Shown here: piece after piece, positions 4,570-6,049 of the stretch | How positions within the stretch are numbered: the first letter of the stretch is position 1 | Layout of the letters: each line of letters opens with the position of its first letter | Origin: a virus | IMG/VR virus record: IMGVR_UViG_3300020041_000010 | Span: 1 to 6,049 of that record | Length of the DNA: 6,049 nucleotides | Strand: one strand, 5' to 3' | The notes under the pieces: model-generated | The model's input: the letters and a program-made list of their open reading frames with translations, nothing else | Databases searched by the model: none | What the model was told of the DNA's origin: nothing | Made by a program: the position numbers and the translations under genes

Positions 4570-6049
4570 ATGGGAAAACAACCTTTTATCTCACATGCCG
4601 TAAATGGTTACTCTCGCTATGATGTCCCTGAGAGTAAAGCCTTTACGTGTACACCGGGGATTTTGTATCCGGTGCGTATCGATTTTATTAACAGCCGCGA
4701 TCGTGTTTCTATCGAGCAAGGCATCGACGTTCGTAGCAACCCTCTCGCTGTTCCGACGTTTAACCCCTACACTATTCGTCTCCATCGTTTTTGGGTGCCG
4801 CTTCAGCTGTACCACCCCGAATTGAGGACGAATAGTAGTAAGTTTGACATGAACAACTTGAGCCTGAATTGGGTTACTGCTCTTGTTGGCACTTCGGGGA
4901 CTACCACCCCTAATTCCGCCCTTGGCGTTTCGCGAGCCTATCCTAATTCGCTTATGGCCTGGCTCCGTATCTCCAATAAGACGTCGCTTCAGCTTTCTAA
5001 CCAACCTCCTTATACTGCCAGTCTCCCTTCTGGTGCCGCTGTCAATCAGTGGGCGAACGCTGATACATATTTGGCTTATTGGGATATTGTCCGCAACTAC
5101 TATGGTTATTCGCAGTGGTCTTTATATTCGATTGCGTGGCCTGCCTCTTGGTCGATTCTGAGCGACTCCTATTCTTTTGCTGCGGGAGCTTCATTCTTTA
5201 AGCAAGAGTTTGCCAACCTGGAGTTTCTCGACGCTTATTTTGAGAGTCAGTTTTACCCATCGGCCGTCTCGAGTACGAATAACACCTTCAATAGGGGCAA
5301 TTTGTTTTTCCAGATAATCGACTCTCAGCTCCCTTCGGGTAGTGATCAAGATGGCTATCCTGTTTCTAGTACGTTGCCTAGCGGTGCTAACATCGTTTCC
5401 GGCGGCGGCCCTGCTGGTCAATTCTCTACTTCTATAGGCGACGCCTCTGTCACTGGCATTTCGGCCTTCCTGTTTGCGCATCCTATGGCCGTTGTGCCTT
5501 CGAATCCTGATCGTTTCAGTCGTCTCATTCCTGTAGGTTCTTCGTCTGCTGTTTCCATGTCCGGAGTAAGTACTATTCCGCAGCTGGCTATTGCTTCTCG
5601 CCTTCAGGAATACAAGGATCTTCTTGGCGCCGGCGGCAGTCGTTATAGCGATTGGCTTGAAACATTCTTCGCTTCCAAGATCGAGCATGTTGATCGCCCC
5701 AAGCTCTTGTTCTCGGCTTCGCAGACTGTTAATGTGCAGGTCGTCATGAATCAGGCCGGCAATAACAACTTTAATGGACAGATCGGCGATAATGGTATTA
5801 CAAATCCTCTCGGTCAGCAAGGTGGCGCTATTGCTTTCAACGACCGCCTGGGTCGCCGACAGTCTTACTATTTCCGCGAGCCTGGCTATATGATCGACAT
5901 GCTGAGCATTCGCCCTGTTTATTTTTGGAGCGGCGTCACCCCTGATTATTTAAACTATCAAGGGTCGGATTATTTTAATCCTATATATAATGATATTGGA
6001 TATCAGGATGTCCCCGCCGCGCGGCTTTTCAGTAATGCTGCAGGCTCAA
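4570..6049 (+). CDS. Major capsid protein VP1/F, N-terminal 493 codons (runs off the window end; continues at base 122 after removal of the duplicated 121 nt)
   Basis: I translated frame +1 by hand and found no stop from ATG 4570 to 6049. The product is MGKQPFISHAVNGYSRYDVPESKAFTCTPGILYPVRIDFINSRDRV...LAYWDIVRNYYGY...LGAGGSRYSDWLETFFASKIEHVDRPKLLF...YYFREPGYMIDMLSIRPVYFWSGVTPDYL. These blocks correspond to conserved Microviridae F/VP1 blocks. ATG lies 3 nt after the Rep stop (TAA TTT ATG). The ORF is absent from the supplied track only because it lacks a stop in the window. Confidence 0.9.
   Translation, partial: MGKQPFISHAVNGYSRYDVPESKAFTCTPGILYPVRIDFINSRDRVSIEQGIDVRSNPLAVPTFNPYTIRLHRFWVPLQLYHPELRTNSSKFDMNNLSLNWVTALVGTSGTTTPNSALGVSRAYPNSLMAWLRISNKTSLQLSNQPPYTASLPSGAAVNQWANADTYLAYWDIVRNYYGYSQWSLYSIAWPASWSILSDSYSFAAGASFFKQEFANLEFLDAYFESQFYPSAVSSTNNTFNRGNLFFQIIDSQLPSGSDQDGYPVSSTLPSGANIVSGGGPAGQFSTSIGDASVTGISAFLFAHPMAVVPSNPDRFSRLIPVGSSSAVSMSGVSTIPQLAIASRLQEYKDLLGAGGSRYSDWLETFFASKIEHVDRPKLLFSASQTVNVQVVMNQAGNNNFNGQIGDNGITNPLGQQGGAIAFNDRLGRRQSYYFREPGYMIDMLSIRPVYFWSGVTPDYLNYQGSDYFNPIYNDIGYQDVPAARLFSNAAGS
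5929..6049. repeat. Terminal redundancy, copy 2 (identical to 1..121)
   Basis: 121/121 identity with the window start. It lies inside the capsid coding sequence, which points to assembly wrap-around of a circle rather than a biological repeat. Confidence 0.95.

Noticed and set aside
4564-4572. Rep and capsid genes are in the same frame, separated only by TAA TTT, raising the idea of a read-through Rep-capsid fusion
   Set aside because: TAA is the most efficient stop codon. I see no read-through context or downstream stimulatory structure, and no such fusion is known in the family. Tight packing is sufficient explanation.

Overview
This window appears to be a complete, circularly permuted genome of a small ssDNA phage of the family Microviridae, from a non-phiX (gokusho/alpa-like) lineage, rather than a piece of bacterial chromosome. 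Bases 1-121 are identical to 5929-6049, so the unit genome is 5,928 nt and the linear window is a circle cut inside the major capsid gene. All credible genes lie on the + strand and are tightly packed. In order they are: the major capsid protein VP1/F (ATG 4570, through the junction, stop at 453; 603 aa once circularised); a 98-aa acidic protein; a mini-lipoprotein candidate; a 457-aa DNA-pilot protein (VP2/H-like); a promoter-to-terminator cassette of two unknown ORFs; a 66-aa ORF; and an HUH rolling-circle Rep (VP4/A-like). The capsid gene is missing from the supplied ORF track because it has no stop inside the window. The track's 187..453 entry is only its C-terminal tail. The long minus-strand ORFs are codon-aligned shadows of the sense genes. 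They end exactly at rare sense TCA/CTA codons, so I reject them. Same-strand overlapping ORFs all sit in the +1 frame and are hydrophobic, which T-rich third codon positions would produce anyway. One or two remain candidates for a phiX-E-like overprinted lysis gene. No start codon has a Shine-Dalgarno motif. One intergenic region carries a TTTG-19nt-TAnnTTTG promoter, and one ORF has an LSSC lipobox. Together these suggest a Bacteroidota host. The most interesting unexplained parts are the 63-aa lipoprotein, the structured GC-rich repeat region just upstream of it, and the three ORFs of unknown function between VP2 and Rep. I found no tRNA, rRNA, CRISPR array, integrase or transposase.
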